A stretch of 64,000 nt of DNA from Auanema rhodensis (GCA_964057225.1 OZ059896.1:13702001-13766000), one strand, 5' to 3'. Shown: positions 1-14,237, numbered from the stretch's first letter. The notes: generated by a model from the letters alone, not told the origin. Numbers and translations: made by a program.

Positions 1-9
1 AACATCTAG

Positions 10-638
10 GTTCGTTGCGATAAACTGTCGGAAGTCTCCTCAAACGACAAAATTCGTATCAATAACTCATTAGATGAAACTCATCGAGCATTCCCCTCAC
101 CAATTATTATTGAAAGAGCTACTCATAAGGTAACATCTACCAAAAAAAAAGTTTGATATTGAATACTACTGTTTATTTTAATAAAACCGCTCTGTGTGGA
201 AAAAAAAGACAATGGTCTGCGTCATTAGCATATTATGTCTCGATGGAGACGCGTAATGAGCTTCCCACGTTTTTTAATGATTATATATATCCATAGTTCT
301 AAAAATAGTTTTTTTTAGCTTGGAGAGCGAAATTATAACGTGGTATTTAATAATTGCGAGCATTTTGTCAAATGGTGCAGATACGGTAACAGAATCAGTT
401 CCCAGGTAAGTGTTGCTCGATTTTGCGTCCCCCTTATTTTTTTTTGCAACAATACCTTCTTGGTTGATTATCTCAGGCTGTGATGGCGAAAAGCATGATC
501 TTGAGTTCTGTGCTCGCGTTGGGCGTCAATCCTGTTATGGCTGTGGGAGTCGGAATAGCTTTCGCAGCTACATCACACAAATTATCTCGTTTCATGAACC
601 GCACTTTCGGTTCACGAAGAAGCTTCTCTCTTTTTTGA
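10..638 (+). CDS. LRAT/PLAAT (HRASLS)-family permuted NlpC/P60 acyltransferase/phospholipase; last three exons only, 5' end outside the window
   Basis: Exons 10-129 (VRCDKLSEVSSNDKIRINNSLDETHRAFPSPIIIERATHK), 319-405 (LGERNYNVVFNNCEHFVKWCRYG, containing the catalytic NCEHF motif) and 477-638 (hydrophobic tail, TGA at 636-638). Introns are GT-AG and in frame. Confidence 0.88.
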
Positions 639-3600
639 AGCTGCTTTGAAAAAAATGTCGTCAAGTTTTTTTTGCAGATGCTCTGTTTGCATGTATAAAT
701 TTCTGTTGTAAATAGTGTCAATTCTCGAAGAACTGATTTTTTTATTGTTACTTATTACTTATATACTTATAGCTATATAATAGTTTAAATTAATCTAGGA
801 AACATTACGTTTTGTTTTATTTTGTTTTCTCTTTCCTTTGTATTAAATTGGCTTAATGAAATGAATAGAGTGACTGTGTAATTCCCTTGTATATGCCACG
901 TTATAAAATAAAAAAGTAAAGTTATATGTATTTGTTCATGTATACAACCCCTTTTACATACAACGAAATAAAATATTTCTAGTTTAGGTATAATCCAGTT
1001 ATATATCATACCCATGGGTCATTATCATGAAAAGTCGTTCGTGAAGAGAATAGTAAACAACTTCCGATTTGGAGGTTCGGTTTCGGTTTGTCGTTCAATC
1101 TTCAATGATTTTGAAAGAAGCCCCAAAGAAAATGAAGGTAGTTGTGCGCCTCTTCGTCAACTTTTTGTCATTCATCGTTTCGCTCCAGCAACGATTCCCA
1201 GGCTTTAGCTGAAGTTTTTTCCGAAACGAAATTAAAGTCGTATCGTTCGTGAATGATGTATGCAATTTGCGTTCGACCTCAGCTCATCCTAATAATGTTT
1301 CGTTTTATTAAGTAAAGAAGAAGTTAATTGTGAGAACCTTTGGCTTTTTGGAATTACTTCCGTAAATTATCTGGAAATTATTTAATTATATTCATATAAT
1401 TACTAATAATATTGATATGATGAGCTTGAGCCAGACACATGAAACTATTAAAGCTGCAGCTTTCATATTTTTAGATTTTTCTCTCTTAAGTTTGGTTGTG
1501 TGTGCGTCATAACAAACATCGGAAGAAGTCTAAAGCTTTTCTTGGTGTTTGTGACAACTTTGATAATTCTTCAAGTAAATGGCACAACATTGTTCACATC
1601 TAATTGTACAAGATTCAGAAAATTCTCTTCGATTTCCAAATTGTTGTGAGTATTTTTGACGGAAATTTGATTGTATTCAGGTTAGAAGTCGTTAAAACTG
1701 ATATAAGCTTGAACGTTAATTCAAATTTATAATGCTTAAATCATAAATATCGTATTAATATCTGAGATTTTACGATATTGTCAGTCATTTTTTGAAATCT
1801 TTTTATAGAACAAACAATCTGTGATGATGATTTACTTCCTTATTGAAAATTCGTCAAATTAACTCAATTTTTGTGTTTTTCTGTAAAACACAAAATTTTC
1901 ACTATAAATGATTGTGTTTTTTAATTTTTGAACTAAAAATTTTTGAATGTTTTTTTATGTCTTACTTACTTAATAAAGAAGGATTTTGGATGTATTGTAT
2001 GTATGCTTTCAGCTTTTCATCGGAGAGATAAAAAGAAAAAAAACAAATTTTATCTGAAAATTGCGAAATTTTACTTTTTGAATTGCAATGCTGTTTCAAA
2101 TATTATATCCAAATTCAAGTTTTAAAGCAAACGAATAAGCTACTATAAATAGTATAAAGTTCTTAAAGCTTTACTTATTTATCATCTTTTGAAATCTTTG
2201 TTTAATGTCCATTGGGATAATATTTTTAAAAATTCAAAATTATTATCTGATCATCAATTATTCATCTACTTTCAAAGTCCATTTCCTCATTTTTAACCAA
2301 AGAAAAAAGAAAATATACTAGATAATATAATAGATATTTAATTTGTAACTATAAACATATCTAAATATATAAAGATATATATAGATATATTACAAAATGC
2401 ATTAAATTAAAGGTTTTTTTACTCTGTTTTCCTAAAGTCAATGGAAAGCCACTTTTCATAAAGTTATACTCCCTTTCCAGCTTTCTCTTTTCCTCCTCTT
2501 CCTCCTCTTTCCTGCCCCATAGATTGTATGCAATTTTTTATTTTTATTTAACAAAAAATAAGAAAAAAAAGAAAACGTTTTTCTCCATATCAAAAAGAAG
2601 GAAGTAGCTGTTGTATGTAGCTGACTAACTGCATTTGACTTTTCTTTTCTTACGTTTCTGGATGCTTGTGAAGCTTGAAGACAAAAATGATGCAAGTTCG
2701 ACCTCATTAGACAATAATTATGCAAATGAAGCAATCTTGTAGTTGGATTGTTCTGTTTTTCATATAATCTGAACATTGCTTCCAACGATGAAAACAAAAA
2801 AAAAAGAAGAAATTAAGGCGTTTCTGATAGAGCCACTAACAGTTGTTGTACATCGACTACACCTTTATATGTAACTTCAAATATTTTTCTAATTTTAAAA
2901 TAAAATTACTTTAATAATATTTTTTTCTTATAATTTATACATATTTCTCTGAATATTTTTAATATAATATGTTTTTTATTTTATTTAGTTTGTCAATTGT
3001 TTTTAATGTTAGGTATTGCTTGTTCAATGACAACATATATTAGTTGTAGAAATACGGTAGTTCTTGATAATTGATGAAAATATTTTTATTTAGGAACATT
3101 AAGCTATGCAGTTATATATAAATTAAAATTATTTGTTGAAAGTGAGTCAGTTCAATTACGATTTTTGATTAAAAATTGAAGAAGCAAGTTGGTGTCTTTG
3201 TGAAAGTCCATAGCAACTTATTCTGAACCCGCTAATAGTTTGAAGTAATCGACAGCACTTTATAATCAAAAATAATTTGGAGTTGGGTTCTTCTTTATTT
3301 TTTTTTGGAACTTTTGATCTTCTTCTCAACATCTTTAACCCGTTTTATTGTTTTATTCCTCCATTAAATTCACTTTACTTTGAAGTTTCAAAAACAAATG
3401 TTATCCTACTTTAGCTTGGATTATAATCTAATTTATTTTATTTTTATTTTATTAATACATTTAATTTTCTTAAATCTTTTTTTTTCTTTTAGTAAAAAAA
3501 ATAAAAAGAAAAGAATTCAAATTAAATATTTGAACTTATTATAAATTGGATATTGGATATACATACACTGTATATATTATTTGAATTCATATAGATAAGA

Positions 3601-3721
3601 TGTTTTCTTGCAATTCACTTAGAACTTTACCAAAAATAGTAGTCCATTCCCTCTTTATCTAATAAGTTGTCTCTCCTTATTTCTATTATTACCTTTTACT
3701 CTGTTTTGCATTCTAGTTGAA

Positions 3722-3722
3722 T

Positions 3723-3776
<54 letters not shown>

Positions 3777-3778
3777 TC

Positions 3779-3877
<99 letters not shown>
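3722..3877. repeat. (CT)n microsatellite with TT interruptions, about 156 bp
   Basis: Directly visible. Confidence 0.98.
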
Positions 3878-5283
3878 AGTCAAGTTAAAAGAATATTGAA
3901 GAGATATCAATAGAAGAAGTTCAATATATTCAATATTCTGAACTTATATTTGTCCTTAAAGCATTTTTATTTAATAGAACTTTCATCATAATATAAAATA
4001 TCTTCCTATACAAGCCAATACATCTGCTTCTACTTCGAGACATCATTTTGATGATTCTGTTTCAAAGGTGTATCACAAGCAATGATTCTCACATCTTTCT
4101 TTGAATACAAACTTATATTCACAACATCTTATATCTTATTAATCTTCAATTTTCTTACAAAAATAGTTTTTGATCGTTTACTTATGGTTTTAAAACTTCC
4201 TTCGGGAGCATCACTTACGTCTTTTTGAATAATTGTTGTCATCATCAATCCTCTCTCTTCTCTCTATCTCCTTTATTCTCTCTGTCTTTCTCTTCCTCCC
4301 CTTTCTCTCCTTTCTTAACTCTGTTGTACACATGCACACACATAGACACATACATTCTGACATTCACATACATTTCATTTTGCATTCAATCTTTTTCTTC
4401 GTTTCACAAATGCCTATTACCTTGTAATCTCAAATTTTCTCTCTCTATCTTACTTATTTTTTTCTTCATCTTTCTATTATATTCTCTTATTCATTACATC
4501 TAGCTGTACTCTCTGATATTCTATTATCTATCTTATTCCCTCTTAGTACCTTTTACATCTGGTATAGAATTTAACATCAGTTATAATTTCATACTAACTA
4601 TAACAAATGTTTTTAAATGATTTCTTTTCCTAATCTAGCTCATTTTTTTTGCTTTTGCTCTTTGATATCATGAGCTAATAGTGCATTACAAGCATTTTTT
4701 GATGTTTTCCCTTGAACAAAGAACGAAAGAGGCTTGCCCAGCCCATCACTCTCCCCCTAACTCTCTTCATATACCTTCCATCTTTTGCTTTTCCACTGTC
4801 TTCCTCTCACTTACGACTAATAAAAATTATTATTCGTTACGTTAAGTTACACGAGCAAACCATCTGGTTCAGCTCTTCCATCCTTAATTTTCAATTTTAA
4901 ATACTTAGAAAGAACATTCTTCTCTCTATAAATCTTTTCAATTCTTTTGAGTTTTGTTCCAACTTCTCCTTGTTTTCGCCTATTAATATTAAAATAGAAA
5001 AATATATCAAAAAAGAAAGCTTTTTTTCATCTTCAGCATAGCCTCTTCACTCCCTCTCCCACCCGGGAAATAGAAACATGATACCAAACTCTTAGGCACG
5101 ATTTCCGAGCTGGAAAAAAAAACCTTCAGGTTCCGATATACATAACAAAATTTGTATTTTTCTAATATCATATTTAGTATATAAGACCGTTTATCCAATA
5201 ATGAAATTGATCGAAAAAGCCACGATCAATTAATTAATTAAGAAATGTTCATATATCTTTAACTGAACGTATATATGTATATA

Positions 5284-5981
5284 CAGTCCTGTGCAAAAAA
5301 CCTCGGACAAAAATATCTTAGAGGCCCCAGAAACCCCTTCAAACTACAAAAAAATTTTTTTTTTAAATTTCATAAGTTTCGTAAAGTCACATAGTATATA
5401 TTCAGTCAAAATATATGTCAATATAACTAAAACTGATTTCAATATTTTTTCTAAATTTATAAGGAAATTTAGTGTTTTTTGACTATTTTGAATAATCCTT
5501 CTTAATATAACAAAATTTGAGATTACGAACATGTTAATTCATTAAAAATATTTTAAAATGATTCTAAGCACAAAACTCGATCAATAACTAAGTTTTTCCT
5601 ATGGCATAGCTTCAAACAAGTAAGCTTCAGCATCTGAATCTTACTGAATATCTATGAAGAGAACTTGGTTAACATACAACCAAATTCTCCCGTTTAAAAG
5701 AAAAATAGACGTTTAGTGTACTCCTAACATTCTATCAAAAGATTATTTCTGAAGTTTTGATGAAACTTCTGAAATTCAAGAAAGAAGACTTCTAGCAGTT
5801 TATGAAAATTTCGGAGACTCCAAAAAATACTTTTAAACATGATTTTTAAAATTTTAAAGATTTTTTCTGAATTCATTATCGTTTTTTAACACTCAAAATG
5901 TATTTTTTCTGATTTTTTGTAGTTTGTCTGAGAAGGTATAAGGGATTCTAAAAGTTGTCCGAGGTTTTTTGCACATGACTG
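5284..5981 (+). mobile_element. Non-autonomous, internally deleted Tc1/mariner-family DNA transposon (about 700 bp)
   Basis: 27-bp terminal inverted repeats CAGTC(C/A)TGTGCAAAAAACCTCGGACAA with 1 mismatch. TA flanks both sides (5282-5283, 5982-5983). Subterminal CAAACTACAAAAAA is shared by both arms. Decayed transposase-like remnants: PNSP at 5680-5691 and RRLLAVYENFGDSKKYF* at 5783-5836. Confidence 0.88.
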
Positions 5982-6046
5982 TATATGAACGATACATTAC
6001 ACGTAAATGCATATGTACTCACATACCATTAACCTCTTACCACCTT

Positions 6047-6103
<57 letters not shown>

Positions 6104-6120
6104 TTCTTTCTTTCTCTCTT
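6047..6120. repeat. (CT)n microsatellite
   Basis: Directly visible. Confidence 0.95.
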
Positions 6121-9100
6121 TTTCGTAAAGACCTTTTTTGTTTTTCTTCCTCATTTAGTTGTTCACACTATTTTGTGGTCTTTACGAGAAAAACGAAGAA
6201 GATGCAGGACGAGATGAACTGGCAAGAACACAGAAGCCAGAAGCCATGCTCATTATGCTCTAACAACTTACAGAGAGTATTCATTTTCATCTTTTTTTTT
6301 CCTTCGGTTTATTTGGTTTTTCTAACCTCTATTCTCATTTGTATATCCTCATTTTCACTTATGTATATCCGACAATCCTTTTCCACATCATCCTCTGCTT
6401 CTTCGTTTTCTCGTTCATCATTATCTTCATCTTCTCTTTGATTTTGCAGTTCTTTTTCAGGTCATTTAAATAATTTTATTCTTTCTTTTTTCCCGTTTTC
6501 CTTCCTCTGCTTACTCTTCATTTCGTCGTCTGTTGCTGTATCATCCAAAATATTTTTGGATAGCTTTTCGCATTCACAAATCTAGGAATATACGAAAATT
6601 CTATGACTGATACAGATAAACAAAACGTTTTCCTACGCATATATTCTATATTGTTCTATATTATCACATTTATCTTATCTTATATGCTAATTAACGTGTA
6701 ATTTTACGTGTACGTCACAAGTACTATATCATGCATTACGTCAACGATTAATCATTTTTAATTTATAATTTCAAGATTAGCGGTTGCATATCAATTTTTT
6801 TCTTTTTTTTTTCATTTCTTTCATTTTTCATATTTGTTACTTTTTTTCAATTAACATAAATCACTTTATACTTTTAGAAAGATCTAATGTACTGAAAATG
6901 CTATTATACTAATGTGTTATTCAGTTATTGGACTGTAAAATCATTTAATGACGTTTTGTAATTCTTCTTTTTTTTTCTTCTTCGTCTTCTTCTTGCTTCA
7001 TCGAATAAGTGAGTTGAAGATGTTACAACTGAACTATCTTTTTTTCCTGCTTCTCATTCGGATTTCTCCATTCTCATTACTTAATCTCAAAACCTTTGTT
7101 CCAAAACAAGATCAGGAAATAGCATCTTAACTTGAAGCTGTCTCAATTACATTAATTAAATTGTATTTTTGATTTAATATATCGTTTCATCACTTCCATT
7201 AAACTGTGCCATCGTATAGATCTTGAACAAATAGTTCTATTTGACTTTTAATCCTAATTTCATGAGATTAATTTGATTCAAAAAGAAAAACAAACTATGA
7301 AATTTATTTTTTCTTTCATTTTGTCATTTCCTTAGCTTAACGTCTTATCCCGTATTGTACTCTCCCACCAAAAAATGAATTCATAGACACATTTTCCTTC
7401 AACGCTATATAATTTTCGGGGCGTTTATAGGTTAAGCATGAGAGATGAATGCTGAGAGATGTGCATAGGAAATTGCTCTGGGAACGTTTTCTTCTTCATT
7501 TCAAGATTTTCAGTCATTTAGTCATATTTGAATGTATTGTGATAGTTGATGGTGATTGAAGTTGGAAGGAACATTGAACCGCTACTTATAGCCTCGTGAT
7601 TGTGAAGTCATTCATAAGCCCTTGCAGCTGTCTTTTCGGCGTTTCCGCATATAGATTTCGGTTTTTATGAAAAGAAAAAAAGATTTCACTAAAGACATGA
7701 CTATGAATATCATCTAATCTTTAGAAATATACGCTTTTAAATTTGATAGGAAATTCTGTTAAACGTTAGCATCAGCCTTCTGTTTTTCCTTAAAGAATGA
7801 GATTATTCAAAACAATTTTAATATTCACCTAACAATCCAAAATTCATCTTTCTTTTTTTTTGGATTAATCTTGACAATTGCCTCATGGAATTAAAAGAAA
7901 TTTTCGAAGACAGGGAAGAAATAAAGATAATCTATCATCTGTTCATTATGTTCTGAATTTTGTTTTCTCAAACTTTTCTTCCATGAAGTTGATTATTGAC
8001 ATATTATTATTATAAATGCTGTGTCCCGTCAGAGAGATAACGAATTTGCAAGAAAAAAAGTAAAAAAAAACGAAATACGTACATTCTTCCTCACATCTCA
8101 AAAGGCGAATTTAGTTTGATTTCTGGTCTATCTACTTTCTTTGAAGTTCTTGTATTCGTTTTTAAGAAGTCACTTCTTTCTACCTCCTCCTCCTACTCCT
8201 TAGACATCGTATCCTCACCCCCCCCCTTTCCCTCTCTATCTTTTTTCCTCTCTCTATCTCTCTCTCCTTCTTTCTCTCTTTTTCTTCTATTATATCTCTC
8301 ACTTTCTCTTTTTAGCTCTTCTTATCTATATTCGGTTAAAAATAATTTGATCATCTACGTCCACTTATCATAAGCATGTCCTTCTTTCCTTCAAAGGCAT
8401 TTCAATATATTCACATATTGAATATATAAAGCTAAAACATTTTTATCTTTCTCGATAGTTTAAACCTCGAAAACCACTTCCGTTTAGTTTCTGGTCAGTC
8501 TGAACGATTATACATACCATCATGCTGTATGTAAAGTACATCAAGAAGAAATCTAAAACTTAATTTAAAACTCGAAATTCTGAATTTCATGTAAATAAAT
8601 TCTTTCCCCATGGCCACATCAATGATTTTGAAAGATGTTGAGTACGAAAAACTTTAAATTCAACTAAATACCTTACGATTAAATCTTTTATATTTACTTA
8701 ATAGATGACAGCTGTGAAAATAAGTGACGTGATGAAAGAAAATGTGTGAAGATCTTGTTAAGACTTGCCTAGCATGAACACAATTCATTCCACCAGAGAT
8801 AAAACATGATGCTCATGTATTTGAAGCTTCTAATGCTGATGATGGTAGGAAGAAGTGAGAAAGGAAGGGTGTGCAAAAGTATAGAAAAGATCGAAGAGCG
8901 TAAGAAGGTGGTAGATAGAAAGAAAATTCAAAAAAGAGATAAAATACGCAAAAGAAGAAGGATTCAATATGTGCCTGGTCTTCAGCTATTTATCAACAAA
9001 ATGAGTCAAAAGGCAGAGAAGAAAGGAGAAAAAGTTTTCCGTATAAATCTATTTGAAATTTCGTTCATTTCAGTTTGTTCTAATTGAATCCATATGTATC

Positions 9101-11081
9101 AATTTTTTTTCTGCTTAAGCTTTTCCCCATTCACTTTAATATTTTTTCTTTGTTTTAATTAAAAAATTAAAAAAACAACTTTTATTTATATTAAATCTCT
9201 TCCTCTTCTTCTATTGATGATTTACATTCATTTTTATAATTTTATAGTTACTGTTTCAATATTTTTCTTTTCATTTCTCTCTCAAGTAATCTAAGATCTG
9301 ATAAGATTTATCTCTTCACACTTCTTACATAAATCCTTTAACTTGAGAACTTAGGAATGTTACTAGTATTTGCTTCCGATACAATCAGGTGAAATGTGAT
9401 ATTTTAAAAAACAAATCTCATTCACTATCAAAAAAATTTTTTGTTGCCAACGGCTATCATTTTCTCTAGCTCTCTCTCTATCTTTTTCTTATTTCCTCTA
9501 TCCTTCTTCATCTTTCTTATTCTCTCTCTCTCTCTCTCTCTCTCTCTACCAATAATTATTAATTTTAAAGAATATCATATATGATTGCTTTGATTATAAT
9601 TTTCTTTAACGTTGCTATACACAGTTCTGTAACTAAGTTGAATATCAGGTTACATGCTCGCATCTCAACTTTCTTATGCTCAACTTGTTCTAAAACGTAA
9701 TAGGGCTTTGTTCGGTTCACTTACTCCTCCTCTCATTTATCATGTTTCAACTTTTTTTTCCTTTTTCTTTCTTTTTGTTTCTCCCTATATCTCCCTCTTC
9801 ATATCTCCCACGATATTCTTCTCCCCTCTCTCCTTCTCCTCTCTCCACCCTCTCTCTCACTTGAAGACTTTCTATATTTTGTAATATTTTTGTGTTATAT
9901 ATATTTAGAAGTATGAAAGATGTAAAGCAAGCTGATAAGTATGTAATTAGAAACTCACCAGCTTTCAATGTCCAACTTCATCATCATACTTCTAACATAT
10001 TTTCATTTCATTTTCTTTTCTTCTCAATTATGTACTACGTATAACCAACTTCTTAATTTTCACTTCCAACTTTTCTATTCGCTATTTGAGAAAGCATTTC
10101 TGAACAAAAGATCATCTGGCTCACTTACAGCTTAAAAGTTGTCAAGGGTCAAGAAGGTCACTATAGGTTCGTACTTCATGCTTCATCTTGCTCTATCTTT
10201 CCACCATCATTGCTTTTTTCTTATTATTATGATCTTTTTTCCTTTTTAAGAATAATCTTGTTTGACATCAAATAATTCATAGAATCTCTGAGATCTTCAT
10301 CACGACGACATCTTCTCATGTTCTGAATCGTCGTCGTCTCAGAATTTTTGACATTGCTAACATGTGGTGTCATAATCTTTTCATCATCATCATCCAAACG
10401 ATGATTTTTTTTCAGTCTATAGAGCTGAGCTTGTACAATTAGATTTCTCTCTCTATCTCGTTCTCCCTCTCCTTCCCTTGTCTCTTTTTCGTTTTCTCCA
10501 CCCCTTATATGCCGTTGTTTCAGAACATGATGTCCTCCTACATCTGGTAGAAACCGAATTTTTTTTCTGCGAGCAACTTAATCAGCTTTCAGTTAATTTT
10601 TTTCAAGCTATACTTGTTTTAAAATATAATTACATTAAAATTTACTTCATTATCTTTGAAAAATTGGAAATCTTTTAATTAACTGACCTTTCTTTTTATT
10701 TCTTTATTTCTGTTTTTTTATAAAATATATTTGTGTGATGAATAAAACGACCAAATGTTTTGTTATTCTAATAGTTTGAAATTAAGAAGTTATATTATAT
10801 AATATGAATAGTAATTACTTAAAAACAAGCAGAAAAACTATATAAACTAACAATCATACAATATAAATATTTTAGTAATATATGAATTTTATATCATTGT
10901 TGATATATATAGTTTTTATTTCTTTTTTTTTTGAGCCACAATTACATCTCAAAGTTTCTTTTATTTACCTCACCCCCTCACGAGTCCAACTGTCTCCAAA
11001 TGTCTTTCAATTCCTCCTCCCTCTCTCTCTCTCTCTCTTTATTATTTTATTTTTTTAAGACAAAGGTTATATCTTAAATTA

Positions 11082-11088
11082 TTTTCAG
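11082..11088 (+). promoter_or_regulatory. Probable spliced-leader trans-splice acceptor
   Basis: TTTTCAG ends 2 nt before the GPCR ATG at 11091. Confidence 0.6.
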
Positions 11089-11090
11089 AA

Positions 11091-13328
11091 ATGTCTTCGG
11101 CGGAGGTAGAAGACGAGGGAGATCTATATGAGCTTTCCCTTATAGAATTGGTTAGTATCGAGTCAGAATATATAAAAAAATTTCTTCGTCATCTTTCAAA
11201 GAAGAAAATTAAAATTCCCCTATGAGATCCTAACAAATATTTTTTCCATCATTCAAATCAATTATATATATATATATATCTTTTTTTTATAGATTATATG
11301 GTGCATACTTTATGCAATTATCGCACTTCTAGCTGTTGCTGGAAATTTTCTTGTGATCTATGTTACACTCACTAAATTAAGGTAAATTTTGGACATGGCT
11401 TTAATCTTGAAATGTGATAAATTTATTTTTAGAACTCGCTCAATTACCACATATTTTATAATAAACTTAGGTTTTGCCGATCTTTTAACTGGTATTTTCG
11501 CTATTCCATTTAAATTTCAAGCTGCTCTCTTCCAAGTTAGTTAACAATTCTCAGAATTTTTTCTTAAATTAATAATTAAAAGTATTGATAACTTATTCAT
11601 TCATAACATGATATACAAGAAAAAATATACAGATGGACAGCTTAAAGATCAAAATCTCTTTTTCGTAATAAAATATATTTTTCAGGAATGGTTTCTTCCG
11701 TGGTCTTTATGTCAGATTGTTCCATATACAGAGACGGTGTCACTTTCAGTTTCTGTTTTTACTCTCACAGCTTCTGCTATCCATGAATTTCGAACAGTTT
11801 TCTTTCCAAAACATAAACGAATGTCAAATCATAGTGCCAGGTAAAGCTCATGATTTTTGCTATCTTACAAGCATTTTCTCAATAAATTGTAGATTTCTTG
11901 TTGTCGTGATCTGGCTGATTGCCGGTATCGTTTCACTTCCTCATGGTCTATTCCATAGGGTGTACATCATGGAGGATGAATCAACAAACACCACAATATC
12001 TCAAGTATGTAAAAGTATCATTTAGCTTGGGTTTCATCTAGCTAGAATCTAATACCATTTGGTATTTGCAGTGTCGACCGGTATATGCGGATGATGATTG
12101 GTGGAGAATGTATAACGTGTATCTAACTATAATTCATTATTTTGTTCCGATGATTATTCTAGATTCAGCTTATACAATGATTGCTATTAAGGTTAATATT
12201 TCAAATAATGAACAACTTTCTCATTTGCCATGAAAATCGTTTTCTTTACCTAATCAATTTTTCAGATTTGGACGACTACTGTAGGAACTTCATTGGATAA
12301 TCGACCTCAAAATGTTTCAAGTGAAATGTCTAATAGAAAGGTTGGTCTTTTCAGCAAAATTTGAATATTTTTCTAATGTTTAATTAAATTTCTATTCTTA
12401 ATTCCAATTGTAGCTCATGAAAATGCTAATGATTGTCGTTGCTTGCTTTTCTCTTTGCTGGTTTCCACTAGAAACTTACCTGTTACTTAATGAAATTCGT
12501 CCAGAAATTAACGGGTAATTAAACTTTTAAATTAGAAAAAATCATTCAAACCGAATTTTCTTTGTATAGATGGAAATATATAAATGTCTTCTTCTTCTGC
12601 TCACATTGGCTAGCAATGTCGAATTCATGTCTTAATCCAATCATCTATGGATTATACAATGTAATTTTACTTTTCTTTTTTTTTAAATTTCAAGTACAAT
12701 ACAATAAATTTATTAAAATAATATATACATATATAATTAATATATTTAAGAATAAATATAAAAGAGAATATAAACGAGTATTTCGACGATTAATATGTCG
12801 GTCATATGAAGAACATACGGATGATGATAATCAAAAAACCCTTGAAGCGGAATTTGCTTCTACTGTGAGTCATCTCACTATCATGTTCAATTTATTTTTT
12901 TCTTCAAACAGGTAGTTCAAAGATCATGGATGAATCCTTATGCATCAGAAGGTGTTGTACCATTCTATACTGAAACGTTCCAGGTTGGTTCACCTACATT
13001 GAATTTTAGCAAATTCACATGAAACGTGCACTTTCACCTGAAAGTAACGTCTTCATTCAAATAAGTAGACTTTAACTAAGCGGTTTCATTATCTTTAATC
13101 AATATATTTATTTATTTTTTATACTTTATATATATATTATATACAATATACATATAATAATAATCATTTTAGGTTGTTCCATTAGAAGAAACATCAAAAC
13201 AGTCAAATGGTGGCGACAATTGTCATTTACTAAACAATAATAGTTCAAACAAATTTTCACAACTTGATGCTGACGATGGTGATCATGATGAGCATCGTGT
13301 ACTCACAATGATGGCAGTTTCATTATGA
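11091..13328 (+). CDS. tkr-3: Rhodopsin-class neuropeptide GPCR, leucokinin/tachykinin-receptor-like (about 12 exons)
   Basis: Spliced translation gives 7 TM segments: GNFLV, NLGFADLL, PFKFQAALFQEWFLP, CWFP, SHWLAMSNSCLNPIIY. The FQAAL and HWLAMSNSC motifs match leucokinin-type receptors. ATG at 11091, TGA at 13326-13328. The symbol comes from my recollection of the C. elegans protein and is less certain than the family call. Confidence 0.9.
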
Positions 13329-14237
13329 TTTTGAATGATTGATTCGAGAAACAAGTAACAACAATCGTCAATGACTATTACTATTTCAACCACATCAAGC
13401 AAAAACACATAACAACAAAGGCTGTATATGACGGGTTATTGAGCTGAGCTTTATAATTTTTTTTTGTTTGTTTATTTCAATCTTATTGATTTTTAAGAAA
13501 TAAACAAAAAAGAATACTTTATTATTATTATATATGAATTAAATACATTTACATATGTTTATACATGTAAGTATATCTGTTGAAATCAAAATTTAAAAAA
13601 TAAAAGATTGGTTATTAAAGATTTATGAATATCATTATACTTTTTCTTTTTCTTTGTTATATACTTCCACAATTACAACTACTTAAACATAATGCATTGT
13701 CACTCTATATAATACAATATATTCTCTTAGTTACAACTCAACGATTTGATGAGCATATGCTTGTTGCTCAGCTCACGACAATACTTGATGTCATCGTCAT
13801 GAAATATAAATATATTCAAACACATTATGGCATATATTTATTTCATAATTGAAAATAATTGCCTTTTCGTCAGGGAAAGATATGTAATCTACTCTCTATT
13901 GCTCTATCCTCTCTGACATCCTGTGCATGTCTGACACATATCTGAATGACTTTCATTCAGATCGTCGTTGTCGTCCTCGTACTCATCATAGATCTTACAT
14001 TCATATTATGGACAGATGGTTATCTCATCTATTCGTGCTAAACGATGCCTATGTTTCAAAACCTTTTCAAAACCACAATAGCAATTCAAATCTGAAATTT
14101 GCAATATGTGCTTTAATACTTATAATATCTGTCTTCATGATCTTTGAAATTTTCCTAATCAAATGCAGTTAGGTTGCGTCTAAAATAGCTACTAAAATTC
14201 AGTTTATTTTTCCTCAAAAAAAAATAGACAAAACAGT

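Noticed and set aside
10-638. Calling the LRAT-domain gene egl-26
   Set aside because: As I recall EGL-26 has Ser in place of the catalytic Cys. This gene has NCEHF plus a hydrophobic tail, and only its 3' part is visible.
980-1325. Minus-strand frame of about 110 codons interrupted only by TGA, suggesting a UGA=Trp (Mollicute or mitochondrial) insert or a BEL/Pao C-terminal remnant (NYLHFL...PNLQIG)
   Set aside because: Short, no recognisable protein, TGG codons are also used, and such a run is plausible by chance across six frames of 64 kb.
3713-3910. ORFs of poly-(RE) or poly-(SL), here and at 5969, 6007, 19812, 20649-20991, 23297 and 24388
   Set aside because: They are translations of (CT)n/(GA)n microsatellites with no splice context or domain content.
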